Numbered from the whole stretch's first letter, positions 1-16,055 are shown. The stretch is DNA of 63,177 nt, filler included, from Lenisia limosa (GCA_001655205.1; 14 parts of 14 records of this genome joined end to end with filler, not necessarily neighbours in it); one strand, 5' to 3'. Numbers and translations: made by a program. The notes: generated by a model not told the origin, from the sequence alone.

Positions 1-3000
1 CCTTGACATGTTCACGCCGAATGGGTACCTGCTTTTGGACCTGGGAGGGGGGGGGGATGTAATATGAAAATTATGAACAAATAAAGCCCAAAATCAACTC
101 TGTTGGCTTGCAAAACAAAACGAAAAACAAAAGAAGCAACTTTCTTCTCTTTTCGAATCGTAGTGACACGGTACCTGTAATGCACGCTATTTGCATGAAT
201 TTCGTTAATTTTTGAAATTTTCCTTTTGCAAATGTTTTTATTTATTCATTGTTATTGTGTTTGATTAAAAGTAATATCTTTTCAGGTAAATGAGTCTGGA
301 TACAGGAGAGGCCACCAACTCTCAAATGAAAGCTCTGTTTGTTTTTTACTATTGGTGTACACTCTTCACTCAAGGCCTTCATATCTCTTGTTGATTCCGA
401 AGATAAGCAAATAATGGGATGTGTTCGCTTGAAGGGAAAATACCTCAACAGGTACGCTATGATACAATCTCTTCGCCATTGCATAAAACAAAACACGTGT
501 GATTTTGACTCCAGTTTTTATTATTATTAATTATTAATAGGCTACTGTATTTCCATGGTCCGAAAAAGACCAGTAAACTATCGATGGTTGTTGAGGATTT
601 GTCAAACAATTCACAGACTGAAGTGAAGCCCAAGGTTTAACGAAACAAAGCCCATAAAAAAAGACCAAAAAAATAAAATAAAATAAATGCAAAGGACAAA
701 ATAAACAAAAAGGGGGTGAGACAAGGGGAGAAGAGGGGAGGGGGGGGGAGTGAAACGGGGAAAATTGACAAAAACAATAATCCTAAGATCAACTTTGTTG
801 GCTAGCAACACAATGGGTTGAAAATAACAATATAAACAAAGCAGGCCAGTCGCTTCTGTAGCACCGCATCCCATCACTCTTGTGTACAATCCAAAAAAGA
901 AGGGGATAAAAAGCCAACAAAAACCCAGAATACCCCCTCCTCCCTTCACGCACCAGTTTGATATTCTTCTCTGAGGGTGTGATACCTAACTTCTCAAGAT
1001 AGCGAGTAGCATACCTGAAAGCGGTTATAAAATAAACAATTGTCACGGATATCCGAACACAAACGACATCATCTTTTCACTATTCACCATCAACCCCCCC
1101 TCCCAAAAAAAGCACTAGCCCAATTTTCAATTTTCCATTTACTCCCCTCCCAACTCGCGAGCAGCCATGACGATGATACTATTTGGAAGATCTATTGACG
1201 GAATTTGCTGCGGCCGTAGGGGAATTGTCAGCTGGAATCCGGAAAGAACCTGGGGGTGAGCGAAGGACGCTATGATGAAGAATTTTGGCACTCATCTATC
1301 CACCACTTGATCCTCCATTGCAACTTCTTCCCTACCTCTACGCCCTTTTTCCTTTCCATTCTTAACTTCTCCCTCCCANNNNNNNNNNNNNNNNNNNNNN
1401 NNNNNNNNNNNNNNNNNNNNNNNNNNNNNNNNNNNNNNNNNNNNNNNNNNGTGCTCTGCCAATAACACCTCTACGATGGTGATAATATTCCTTAAGTGGT
1501 AGTGGTGGAGATGATGGTGATGATAATAACACCCCTACGATGGTGAAAAACATCCTTAATCAGTGATGGTGGTGATGGTGATGATGATGTTAGTAGTGAT
1601 GGTGACACATGTCGTAAACAGTGGGTGATAGTAGTGATGATAATAGTGATGGTGCAATAGTCCTGTAATGCTGGTGGTGATTTCAAATAATCCATAAATT
1701 TATGTGAAAAAAGCGAGAAAGGCATAAATCGTACCTTCTTTTGGGTAGACTTGAACGTTGAGGCGCTTCACTCCCCTAGAATTAAATTAAATAATCATCA
1801 ATAAAAACTGCAGCCACCATTACCTTCATCAATACCACCCCCCCCTAATATTTTTTGTTATTTCTGAGTTATGACTCTAATTTGTACTGCTTTTAAATCA
1901 ATAATAAGCAATTTGCCTCTTCACACTTCCTTTTTTCTTGGGCTCTGTGCAATTAATTTTTTGAAGAAATAAATTGACAAATTAGAATTTAAAGTGTCAG
2001 AAATGGTGTTCTCGTTACAGTATGTCCCTCTTCAAATTTTGAAAATAATTTTTCAATTAATTGCACGGAGCCTTTCCCCATTTTGCCACCCCCCCCCCCC
2101 NNNNNNNNNNNNNNNNNNNNNNNNNNNNNNNNNNNNNNNNNNNNNNNNNNNNNNNNNNNNNNNNNNNNNNNNNNNNNNNNNNNNNNNNNNNNNNNTAATA
2201 AAGTCAACACTTTAGTGCCTCATTTCGCGTTCACAACAAAGGCTATTATACTATTTCAAGATGAGAAATAAAACAAGGTTGTATTTTCACACGCGTATAA
2301 GATATATTAATATACCTAATTATTTGCCTTACAACTCTGTGCACACAGCTTTATGCGTGCAAAGGATATAATCGAATTACAGGGGATTTATCAACTTTTC
2401 AGTCTTGAAGAACCGAAATAGGGCTATAATGGACACGTAAAAACAATTATTATAAAAAAAATAAGAGGTGTCTTGATTACGAACGGAAAAGATACAATTG
2501 TTGGGGAAGGTCCAACGTCTTCCTCATCACTCCGTTAAAAAAGATAGTACGACGAGAAGATTGTCAAGGTGCATTTATCTATTTGTCGTAAACGTTCACT
2601 TTACATGAACGCAAAACGATAAGAGATGAAAGCAAAACTGTATATGGAATAAAAGCGTAGCTAAGGATAATTTATGAGAAGGTTCCATCTGTATATCATA
2701 AATATCCTATTTCGAGACAGTTCCAATGTGAGAAATACGGACAGCCTCCTACTGCTCTGAGAAACGACTTCTCTCCGCCACCCTCATCGCTTCTCTCCTC
2801 CTCTTTGTCATCCTCCTCCTCCTCCTTAGCATTAACTTCATGAATAGACTGCGTAGAGATGGCAGAAGGGCTGCTCTCTGTCAAAAACGGCAGCAGCTTC
2901 TCGGACTTCTTCCTTCTTCTGATCGGTGGTCCAGTGGTGTGGGATGGCAATGCGTCCTCATCAAGGTCCACAAGGACTCGACGGGTGGCTTTGGTGTCCA

Positions 3001-3001
3001 T
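1..3001 (-). CDS. Hypothetical multi-exon protein, 3' end runs off the window
   Basis: ATG at 3001 (MDTKATRRVLVDLDED...). Phase-compatible exons give VLSGFQLTIPLRPQQIPSIDLPNSIIVMAAR|EYATRYLEKLGITPSEKNIKLVREGR (about 1275-940) and VQKQVPIRREHVK (40-1). No domain recognised; linkage of all exons not proven. Confidence 0.4.
1480..1720. repeat. Degenerate (GAT/GGT)n trinucleotide low-complexity tract with an internal ~60-bp duplication
   Basis: gatggtgatgat... runs; the block 'aacacc(t/c)ctacgatggtga' occurs twice. Confidence 0.7.
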
Positions 3002-3390
3002 TACGCATGCATGTGTATGTTATAATGTGATTATGTATTGTATTAATGTATCGTAAAAAAATATAAAATGTGTTCCAAGTGAGCCGAGCCCAAACCGGCC
3101 GGCACATATTGTGACATAAGACAAAAGAGATATATTGGATTTTCGCCTCACTAAAATGACAGCTCACCAGCTCACATATTGACATATGTGTTACATATGT
3201 ATGAGAATAAAAACAAAAAAAGATAACAAAGGGTGAAAGTTTATGATTCGCAATAATAGTGGCAGTGATATCTGCTCCTGGTTATACCAAATGAGAATCA
3301 TACATTAACGCGATTATCAGAGACAGACTATGACAAAAACCAATGTCAAAGGAAGCAGATGTGAAGGGGAGAGTGGTCATGGAAGGAGCT

Positions 3391-6150
3391 AGCTAGTTCT
3401 TGATCAGCTTCGCCTTGGCAGCAATACACTGCTTCTTAGCCCAGGTTGTAACCGGCTCAATCTACACAAAGTCAACTTGCGATCTGTTGTGAGAGCAAGA
3501 CAATATTAAATAAAATCTGCGATAAATAATAATACATAGGAATACTAAAAAAACAAAAATACTCCATGCAGCTTCCACATTAACAAAGGGCTTTGATAAA
3601 CTTCACTTTCGTTTCTAATACAAGATTGAATCTATCACGAACACTCGATAAAAATATATGAAAAATGATAACAATAAAGGGTATTTGATCAAATCCGAAA
3701 ATATTATACCCCAGGTACTTTTGAGCAAAATTGCTGTGACCCTTCGTTCACTGCTGTTCTGAAATGGGCTGTTTCTTGGGGCAACATGTAGTCAGCTGAA
3801 GAAGTAACATTTAGGACTCAACGCTATTATTCTTTATCAAAGTTCCCCTGATGGATAAAACGTTTTAAGCCTCTTAGGTTCATTAATATAGTCTCTTCAC
3901 CCTCCTCCTTCCAAAACAAAAAAAAACTATTACCCCATTATTTGATCATGATTTTTGAGCTTTTGGGGTAAACTGAATGTGTGATTGTGCACAATAATCT
4001 AACNNNNNNNNNNNNNNNNNNNNNNNNNNNNNNNNNNNNNNNNNNNNNNNNNNNNNNNNNNNNNNNNNNNNNNNNNNNNNNNNNNNNNNNNNNNNNNNNN
4101 NNNNNNNNNNNNNNNNNNNNNNNNNNNNNNAATCGCTGTGAAATCCATCCGACAAACCAGTAATATAAGAGAATGCAAGACTGATTGGGACTCGTGTAAA
4201 GTCTACAACGTCAGGTTCCAAGAGAAAGAAGACCTGTTTTTTTTTCTAAAATAAAAACTCATTGTGTTGAAAGGCGAATGATTGGGTGAATTAATACACT
4301 ACAGTAAAAAGAATCACTTATAAGCGTGATGGTGTGGACTGTTCAGAGATATTGTTATAGACCATCACGCTAATAAGAGATATTGGATTATCGTATCTGG
4401 TCAAAGCCGTCCACATCATCACGCTTATAAGAGATAGTATCTGGCCGAAGCCACCATATTATACACTTATAAGAGATATTGGATCATAGCACACTTAGAA
4501 TAGCACTTTCTAAGTGCGCTATAATAATACTCATTCACCCGATCATATTTATTTACTACACATTTAATCCCCATGTAACCGACTTTTACTCAAAATGACA
4601 AGGGGCACGGCACCAGCAGCAACAGCAAGACCTCCAACAACCATCTTGGGGTTCCCATATTTTCCTTCTATAATTCCTGATTTCACTCCGCTGACACAAG
4701 CGCATGCCTTCTTTTGAGCATCGCAGCAAATCTGTTGAATAAGATGATGATCATTAGCATCATGAGACCCGACCAAGTCCAAAAAAATATCAATACACTT
4801 ATCATGTTATATAGTATATCATATGTATATAGTACATGTGAAGTTAAAGCTCCGGACATCATTCAAAATTCACCAGACACATCAAAACTCCCGGACAGCT
4901 TGAGTTTCCCAAATAAAATCATCATAAACCCTATTTCCCTTTTGTTTTCGAAAGTAATTTCAATCTTAAGCAAAGGATGAAACACCTATTTCATATATTG
5001 TTGGGTCAAAACCAAATTAAGTGCCTAAGTTCTCTGGTTATGGCCCAAATACTGTCAGAAACAATATATATCTACAAAGTCTTTATCTGACTGAAGTAAA
5101 GCCCCAGCATCATTACTATATTTTTATCTTTGCCCCATTTTTGCTGATGTAAGCTGTTGTGTGTTTTCTGTACCAAAATCAAAATAGAATACACATCAAA
5201 ATATGTTCACTTATAGTATGTGAGAGGTAATCTTACGGTAAGATACTGATACAAATGTCCACATCCATCCTAACCAAAATTATAATTTAGATTTTTAGAT
5301 TGTGGTGTGTGCAATATACCTTCGACTCACCTCAACTCTACTGCTGACACACTTCCTCACAGACTCCGATGACTTCATAAGGGCTACCTAGAAGCATCAG
5401 AAAATATTCTCTAAGATCTTAGTTTCAATAGAGACTTTATGTATCTATACGATATATTTTATTAAATATACATATAGTATGCATATACTATATCATATGA
5501 TATATAATATCGATATATACTATATCGATATACATTTACATCATATATTATGTACATAGTATGTAGGGCTTCCCTACGTTCCCAAAATAGACTGAATTTC
5601 TCGATAAATCCCGATAAATATCGATATTTGACCGGTCTTTTTCGGACCGCAGGGAAGCCCTAATAGTATAATATATGTATATATCATACTATGTACATAG
5701 TATGTAGGGTGTACAGCTCAACCGCCATTTCCTATACATACATCTACTCTTGATAATATTATAGGAAATACAGGGATGGCCTCACAGGTTTTGTAAGAGA
5801 AACGTTCACCGAATGCGTTAAATATTATGATAAGACTTTGTTAATGTTTATGTGCAAATAATTACCGAAGAATTGCCAAAAAAATATTAGAACCAGATAA
5901 AGTACTGTGTGGTTGATGTCAAACAATATTGACAATTATAAAAACACGTTATTCATGTTGATAAGAACAGCGCATGCCATTTCCCCCCAAGAAGACGGAT
6001 TAAAGGAAAGTTCAAAATTTCATACCTGGATTTTGCATGCGGCTTCCGGCTTAACAAAGAGATTTGTGAGTTTGGCAGCTTCCCACTCCTGGTCATAAAG
6101 GTTCCTGAGCCTCTGCACAACTGAAGGATTGTTAACTGTTACTGAGTGTT
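3391..6150 (-). CDS. Hypothetical multi-exon protein, possibly membrane-associated
   Basis: GT-AG exons: ...LYDQEWEAAKLTNLFVKPEAACKIQ|VALMKSSESVRKCVSSRVE|ICCDAQKK...VVGGLAVAAGAVPLVIL...; VFFLLEPDVVDFTRVP...; terminal exon IEPVTTWAKKQCIAAKAKLIKN* near 3391. The 5' end is unresolved. Confidence 0.35.
5564..5662. mobile_element. hAT-type MITE, subfamily A2
   Basis: TIR TAGGGCTTCCCTACG...CGCAGGGAAGCCCTA; 8-bp TSD atagtatg/atagtata. Confidence 0.9.
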
Positions 6151-6573
6151 CCTCCCCCCATATTCAGCTCAACAAAGTTTCAGTTTAGCATCCTGAATTT
6201 CACATATTAATCATAAAAAATATCTTATTGCAGCGTGGTGCTAAAGGTCACAAAAGGAATCGATCAGGAGGAAGCTTACTGGTTGGTGGAGTTTCCATCT
6301 TTGAAGAAAGTTGTCTTTAAAAGTTGTCCGTTTTATGAATATATGAATAAATGTATACCCTTTCGGAGTGAAATAACAGTGGAAGAAGAGGTGAGAAAGT
6401 TTGAAAGTATAAGTTTTAAACTGGGGGAACGAACATTGCCAAGTACTATTTTAGTCAATTTTTGGATTTTGGTGATATTTATTATCGTGTCATAATAGCT
6501 GTGTGGTGTAGCTATCGTCAAGCCGGGAAGAGGGGGGCTCAAGTTTTAGTTTTTCTCTTTTTCATTACACACA

Positions 6574-9500
6574 ATGAAATTAAAGCGTTTCCTGCTTCGT
6601 TATTATCCACCTGGTAAGTGATCATCTTGAAATATGAAGAAAATTGACTAATTAGGTATCATCCTCGAATTTTCAAAAGGTGGTGAGATGTTCTCGCGGA
6701 CCATTGACCTTCTCACTCTCTCCCATCAGTGAGTTATGCTGTTTATAGAAACCTATTCACAACCACAGGACAAATGTTGAGATTCTTCTCAATCAGGTGA
6801 TGAGGGAGGAACCTTTGATCACTGAGTCCAGAAAGCCGCAAGTTCGTAAACTTATCCATAGTGGGTTAGGAATGAAGATGATGAGATATACAAAACGGGT
6901 TTTAGTTGAAATACTGGCTTTTTATCACTATTCCGTTTCCCCGTTTTGACTGTTGTAGAACTTCTTGAAAAGCTTGAAAGGTCAGAAGACCAGTACTTCT
7001 ACCTGTACAAAATCCTCAGAGCCCATGTTTTGCCTTTAACAAATGTGGCATTCAACAAAAGTGGAGATAGGTAAGAGGTGAAATAAGCTGTTTTATTACC
7101 TGTTCTTTCAAACGCTCAATGTTTGGCGTGTCTTCCTTTTATTCACACAACACCAGATTCATTACTGGCTCTTACGATCGTGTCTGCAAAGTTTGGGATA
7201 CCCATGGTGGTAACGAGGTAGGATTATGCGCGGGTTGTACATTGGATTCAATTCTAATCGCGTTAGATTGTTTCACTTGAAGGACACAAGAACGTTGTTT
7301 ATGCGATTGCCTTCAACAACCCCTACTCGTAAGCTCGATTTCAATAATATTTTGGACATCACTTCGATTTCAAACAAAAAAGAGCCTTCTGGAAAATCAT
7401 TAAAAATCTACACCATTGCCTTTTCTTTGATACCCCCCCCCCCCCNNNNNNNNNNNNNNNNNNNNNNNNNNNNNNNNNNNNNNNNNNNNNNNNNNNNNNN
7501 NNNNNNNNNGGTTGTCACAGGCTCATTCGACAAAACTCTCAAGGTTTGTGAACGTTTCTTGGGGATTGACTATGATATTATCTTGATACTGATCCCGGTT
7601 TTTCTTTTCTTGTGTTTATCGAAAAACCTTTCACCTGAGCTCACGAAAACAAGCGTTTTGATTGTGGTGGTTAATGTCTGTGTACTCGGTTCTGAATACA
7701 AAAGCAATATCTCCAAGAAGCCTTAATTGTGGCAGCTTTGGGACGCTACCACTGGCGAATGCTTCCACACCTACGTCGGCCACTCTTTGGAAGTCGTGTG
7801 TGTTGCGTTCAACCCGCACTCCACTATGATTGCTTCAGGTCTGGTTGAAGTGAACATCTTTTCTCTTTTGTCTTCTTCTCCCCACCCAACCTCGTTGTTT
7901 TTCATTTGAAGAGCCTGCTTTTATTTTCACATGGCTGAACTTCAGCATTTTTTATTTTCAAGAATATTGTAAGATTTCGGATTCCTTATAGTATCCAGGT
8001 TCCATTGATACCACTGCTCGGATCTGGGATGTTGAAACAGGGGTTCAGCTTCACTGTCTCGAGGTTGGTTGGAGTCTTTTGATAGCAAGAAAAACTTGGG
8101 GGATAAATAGAGCAAAGAGAGAAATCTGTAGCAAAGAGAAATTGTAAAAGCCACACCGCCATCTGTATGGGATTTTTCCTTTTAAGATCAGATAGGATTC
8201 CACTTTGGTCATACGAACAACATAAATCCTCGATAAATACCGATGTGCTATCTAAGTCTTTGTTGGACTGAAGCAATAACCTAAAAAGCTTTTGCCCCTT
8301 TTCGATTCTTTTTTTCTTGCTGAATATGCTTACTTGTTTGACCTATTAGGGCCATACTGGTGAAGTTGTTTCGCTTGCGTTCAGCACACAAGGTATGGGT
8401 GGTCACGACCAGTAAAGCTTGTATATCATATAGTAGTATATGATATCAGCAGATACAACCTTGTTTTTATTTCTCATTTCTTTGAAATCGGAGATATTTT
8501 TCGACACATTTAGTCTTTGACACAATAAAGAATTCTTGGAAAGTGGATTGGGGATTAAAGACATAAAGCTTNNNNNNNNNNNNNNNNNNNNNNNNNNNNN
8601 NNNNNNNNNNNNNNNNNNNNNNNNNNNNNNNNNNNNNNNNNNNNNNNNNNNAGGCTCATTTTTTGTTTTGAATGAAAGTATTATTCCTGTCAATAATCCA
8701 GGTGATCGTCTTGTGACCGGGTCCTTCGACAACACCGTCAAGATCTGGGATGTCAAAACCGGCCTTTGCATCCACACTTTGGAGGGCCACCATGGGGATA
8801 TCACCTCGGTTCAAATTAACTTCTCTGGTACGCCTTTTTTTTTTTTGCAGTAAAGTCTCTATTGAAACTGGAATCAAAAACTACCGGATCCTAGTTTCAA
8901 GAGACTTTACTGCAAAAAACACACTTGTAGTCAATGGTTATAACGCTTAGGGGACCTTGTGCTGTCATCTTCAGAGGATCAGACCTGTAAAATGTGGGAT
9001 GCCCAGTCCGGACAGTGCATCTCTACCCTCCGGTAAGCCTGGGTGATGAATATCCGAATTTCGTGATGAGTGAACTGAATTTTCTTCTTCACTCTTTGAT
9101 GCTCTATTATTATTATTAAAACGGAGTTATTAAGAAAATGATTGGGTGAATTAATTCGGTGTTTCATATTCAAAATCTCATAATTAAAAGCATGATGGTG
9201 TAGATGGTGTGGCAAGACAGTTCCATTTTGTATTTCTCATCTCTATGTACTATGATATTAGTATTTTGAAAACAATAAGATAATCGCTTCAGTGGGCATA
9301 CTGATGAAGTGCTTGACGTTCAATTCAATAGTACCGGGTCCCGCGTTGTCACCGCCTCTGCAGATGGTAAAGAGGGAAGGGGTGTACTTCCTGCCTATTT
9401 TGGCGTGGTTATCATCTTTTTCACTTTAGTAAGAAAAAGACTGCTCAAACACCAGACAGAACAATCTTGTCTTTGACATGTTTCTTAGAATTAACACAAG

Positions 9501-10175
9501 AACGCTTATCTTTTGACCAACCTTTTCTTCTTTCTCATTGTTATATGTAACACAATAAGAGGACAACTTTCTTTTGACATGTATCTAGGAACAGCACGAA
9601 TCTATAACACGATGACATCCGTATGTTTGGCCACTTTGGTTGGACATGAGGCTGAAGTCAGTAGAGTTTGTGGGGCGCTTAGTGCTTCATTTTGAAAATG
9701 TTATTGATATTTCTTAGGTATGCTTCTCTCCACAAGGATCTACTGTGCTTACAGCTTCCGCGGATAAAACTGCAAGAATATGGGATGCTGGTGAGTGGGG
9801 GGGGGGGGNNNNNNNNNNNNNNNNNNNNNNNNNNNNNNNNNNNNNNNNNNNNNNNNNNNNNNNNNNNNNNNNNNNNNNNNNNNNNNNNNNNNNNNNNNNN
9901 NNNNNNNNNNNNNNNNNTCAACAATTCATCTCAAATATTTACCTGTTGCTCATCCCCTCCCTAGAAACGGGTGAGTCGCTACAGATTCTTGAGGGCCATA
10001 CAGATGAAGTGTTTAGCTGTGCAGTGAACTACAACGCATCTGCAATCATCACTGGTATGCTGTGAATAAGATGAGCTTGTTATTACCACTAGACCTCAGC
10101 TTTATATAACTATTAATAAATTCAGGAAGTAAAGACAACACTTGTAGAGTTTGGTTTGCCTCCGACCTTAAGTAG
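6574..10175 (+). CDS. DAW1: Dynein assembly factor with WD repeats (ODA16/WDR69), about 17 exons
   Basis: Spliced translation [23 protein letters not shown]...[33 protein letters not shown]...[16 protein letters not shown]...[16 protein letters not shown], closely matching the DAW1 family; all junctions GT-AG. Confidence 0.96.
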
Positions 10176-10350
10176 GGTGTGATGTCTTGTGTTGATCTAG
10201 GTAATGTACACTTGTATTATACTTTTGATAGTTAGTATGCCACCAACATCTATCCAGTGAACTTATAAGGAGGAATGCGATTAAAAAAAACACATGAACA
10301 ACCAAAGTTTAAAGTAATGAATACATTGATAAAGATCAAGAGAATAAAGT

Positions 10351-10465
10351 TTAGAACTCCTCACCCTCCTCGCCTTCACCCTCGCCGTCGATGGAGTCGA
10401 CACCGACCTCTTCGTAATCCTTCTCGAGAGCGGCAAGATCCTCACGGGCCTCGGAGAATTCACCT
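10351..10465 (-). CDS. TUBA: Alpha-tubulin 3' end fragment, cut by a 10-N gap
   Basis: [37 protein letters not shown](TAA at 10351-10353). Confidence 0.93.
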
Positions 10466-10647
10466 NNNNNNNNNNTGACGGGGGCAGGGTGGTGAAGGGG
10501 GAGTGTTTTTCTATGTCATTATTCCCTTCCCAAATTATAGAGCGAATTGCATGAAGCATAATGGAAAACATCACAATGACCTACTCTCTATTGTTTCGTA
10601 TTTTGCATAATTACCCCCCCACCATGCTTTTGGTAATCAAAGAGTTT

Positions 10648-12227
10648 GGTATAGATTGCAGCAGGGATGGAGATACTGCCATCCTCATTGGTCTGTTTCA
10701 TTACAAAGAAGTACAAGCAAAAAAATAATAATAATATATCGCAAATTTTCACTCAAGTGTAATACGTATCACTATCATACGCAAATTGCAGTAATGGGGA
10801 AACAAAAGGAGTATCCTGCCGCAGAAATCAGCCAGACCATGGAATTTCTTAAAGGCGATTGTTGTAGCCCACATTAATTATCAATATTTATACGAGATGA
10901 TATCTTAATTTTGTCATTGATATCTAATACACTGACCGCGAGAAGCAATAGTGTCAGGACTTATCGCGGTCACGTATCTTTCCTAGCTCATATAAAGCCA
11001 GCAAACCCAGTCGGCACGGAGTGCCGTGTCCTCTTCTTCCGGCAGAACGATGATATCCTAAAGGGTCACGAAGGACAGATTTCTTCCACCAAAAATGACC
11101 CCATTTTGGATGGCATGGTGGCATTTGGGCTGAAACAGAGTACATAATCCCAACAATCAAACATAGCTATGTGCCAACCTCTTTCTGAGCTTCCTCTTGA
11201 GCATCAACAAACTCTGCGGTATCCTCCTGGGGGGGGGGGGNNNNNNNNNNNNNNNNNNNNNNNNNNNNNNNNNNNNNNNNNNNNNNNNNNNNNNNNNNNN
11301 NNNNNNNNNNNNNNNNNNNNNNNNNNNNNNNNNNNNNNNNNNNNNNNNNACTGTATATACAGAACAAAAGTGCTCTTACGATCTGTCATGTTTTAAATAA
11401 ACACAAAAGAGGCAGGTGAAAGAATAAACAGGTCTTCAGTCTCAAAAAATACGTTTGGAGTTTTGCATCCTGGACAGAAAGCCGTGCTACTTCCTCCGAT
11501 GTCTAACACTGGGGACCTCAGAAGCTGTCATTCGTGGTAAGTTGTTATTTCACTATTTAATTTCTAACTCCACCAAAACTTGCGTTTCTTGCACGGCATT
11601 TTCGGAAGGAAGTTGTCCTCTCCCAGGTGTTGCTATTCACCAAAAACACAAGCTCGGTAGCAATGAACATTATGCCCCGACATGGTACTTTTTTTACTGT
11701 TCAAGTGGATGGAGCGAGATTCCATCTACCCGTGGATTATGGTAAGGAAGCCAGCCAATAGTCTTTCGACTTGTCTAACTTTGCTAGGGACTTTAGATTC
11801 ATTCTTTGTTGCTGTTTGCTATTCATTATTACGGGACGGGGGGGGGGGGNNNNNNNNNNNNNNNNNNNNNNNNNNNNNNNNNNNNNNNNNNNNNNNNNNN
11901 NNNNNNNNNNNNNNNNNNNNNNNNNNNGGTCGACGTAACAATATTCCGGGTGACATCATTGATGTAGGTTTCCTAAAATTGGAATATCTGTTTTCATACA
12001 TGATATAACGTTTTAAGAGCTTTCTTTTCTTTACTAGCAAGAGTTCCTCACTGCAGAAAGTACTCCTGATCGTCAACACTACTATGTCAATCAATGGGTA
12101 GAGTATTTTGCGGAGGCCTACGAGAATGTTTGTTGCGACTTGCTTTCACTCACCTCTATTTAGAACCCTCAGGCTTTCAGACATTCTAATTTAATAACAT
12201 GGGAAGATGAATACAATCACATTTAGC
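10648..12227 (+). CDS. Hypothetical multi-exon protein, partial
   Basis: Short GT-AG-bounded exons: WMERDSIYPWIM, RRNNIPGDIID|QEFLTAESTPDRQHYYVNQW|NPQAFRHSNLITWEDEYNHI*. Confidence 0.35.
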
Positions 12228-12279
12228 CTTGATCTACCCTAACATAAAACAACATGTTGAAACTCTTAAGCGTCTTTGA

Positions 12280-13510
12280 TTATCTCATTTTACATAATTC
12301 AGGTGATCTCTTCACGTTCGAGCTGATAGACGTGACTGGGATATATGGGATTAAGGGGGAATCGGGTGTTTTTGGATGACTGATTGAGGACTGAATAACC
12401 GTCGGTGAAAACACAAAAAGGACAAAAATGAAAACGATTGAGCGACACACATTATTAGGTGGGAAGAGGAGAAAAAAATAGAAGAAAAAAAAAAGCAACA
12501 TCAAGACAGAAGAGAAAAGGTAAAACGAAAGAAGAAAAAAAGAAGATCTATTCAGCGATACAAAAAAGAAAGATCTTATCAAAAAGTGAAGATAATATCA
12601 ACAAAAAAGACATGAATATATCATCAATTGAATAAAAAGAAAAGAAAAAATGGAAAAAGAACAAACCTCTTCATCCTCATCGTTTTCGTCTTCAAAAAAC
12701 CGGTCCATTTCCGAAAGGTGCAGATTCCAGAGTTTGTCGACTCGTCGGCGCAGCTACAGCAGTCAGACAGACTTGGCCAAGCTACAATTACTCTTTGTAT
12801 ATCAAAACTTGCTAAGAAAAATAATACCAGATGATTTCATTTTGTTCAGAAAATTGTGCTAATCTATTCCCCTCCGCTCCCTACAACGTAGAAAAAAATC
12901 ATCTATACCAGAAGTAAAAGTAGAAAGCAGAGACGCCAAATACAAAAAAGTCACCGCAGTTGACAAAATGACATGCCATGAAAACAATCTGGTTCTCATT
13001 GGCACAACATCAAAGATAAAAACCAATAAGCGGGGAGGGGGCTGATGAACAACATCAAAGATTGACGCCAAAGACTTATTGATCTCACCTTTTCACTGTC
13101 AGGTCTCAGATGACAAGCTTCGCAATAGAGGTGCGCTGCTTCAGAATGTTTCTCTTCCTAAATAGTTTTAACTACTAATGTACCCAATTCTAATCAAGTG
13201 GTTGCAGTGCTTGTGTTTGAATTGTAAAAGATGCCTGTACAGGTTCCATCAAAATCCCAAAAACGTTAGATTGAAACATACCTCTGAAGCTTCTCTGGCT
13301 TGCTTGACCAGCAGGTTGTACTTAATCTTATCCTCTTTAGAGAGGAGGAGCGGATCACTGCTGCTTGGGAGCGCTGGTCTCGACAAGTTCTGATGAACCA
13401 TTGAGTCTTTCTTATCTGCTTCCCTCTGTTCTACTTCTTAAACACTTGTGAGATAGTCTTGCGCACAACACTCTTTGTTAACTCTTCTCTCTGCTCCAAT
13501 CTCGTTAAAT
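12280..13510 (-). CDS. Hypothetical protein with a TPR-like helix and acidic patch
   Basis: KYNLLVKQAREASE...RNILKAAHLYCEACHLRPDSEK|LRRRVDKLWNLHLSEMDRFFEDENDEDEE|SSISHPKTP...CKMR*; one upstream in-frame TAA at about 13438-13440 leaves the 5' structure uncertain. Confidence 0.45.
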
Positions 13511-13742
13511 TTCTATTTTTGAGGGAGACAGTGGGAAAGGGAAATATATTTGCTTATCAGCCTTGGTTTTTGATTCGTAACTTAGCCATGACTTTTTCTT
13601 CGATTTGGTTAATGTAAAACTATTTACCTTCACTCACAGCTCTTCTGCATAAACAAATAGACTCATCCAAAACAAGACCCATGAACAACAAATTTTAAAG
13701 TAATGAATACATTGATACTGATAAAGATCAAGAGAATGAAGT

Positions 13743-16055
<2,313 letters not shown>

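Noticed and set aside
4590-4750. Cys-rich frame WEPQDGCWRSCCCCWCRAPCHF
   Set aside because: It arises from gct/tgt repeats in an alternative frame; the frame in phase with the upstream exon is ICCDAQKK...GLAVAAGAVP
5564-5662. Tc1/mariner-type MITE with a TA TSD
   Set aside because: The TA belongs to the TIR (TAGGG/CAGGG), and 8-bp flanking duplications indicate hAT
9040-9080. Possible C/D snoRNA in a DAW1 intron (GTGATGA...CTGA)
   Set aside because: Only about 35 nt between the boxes and no recognisable rRNA guide
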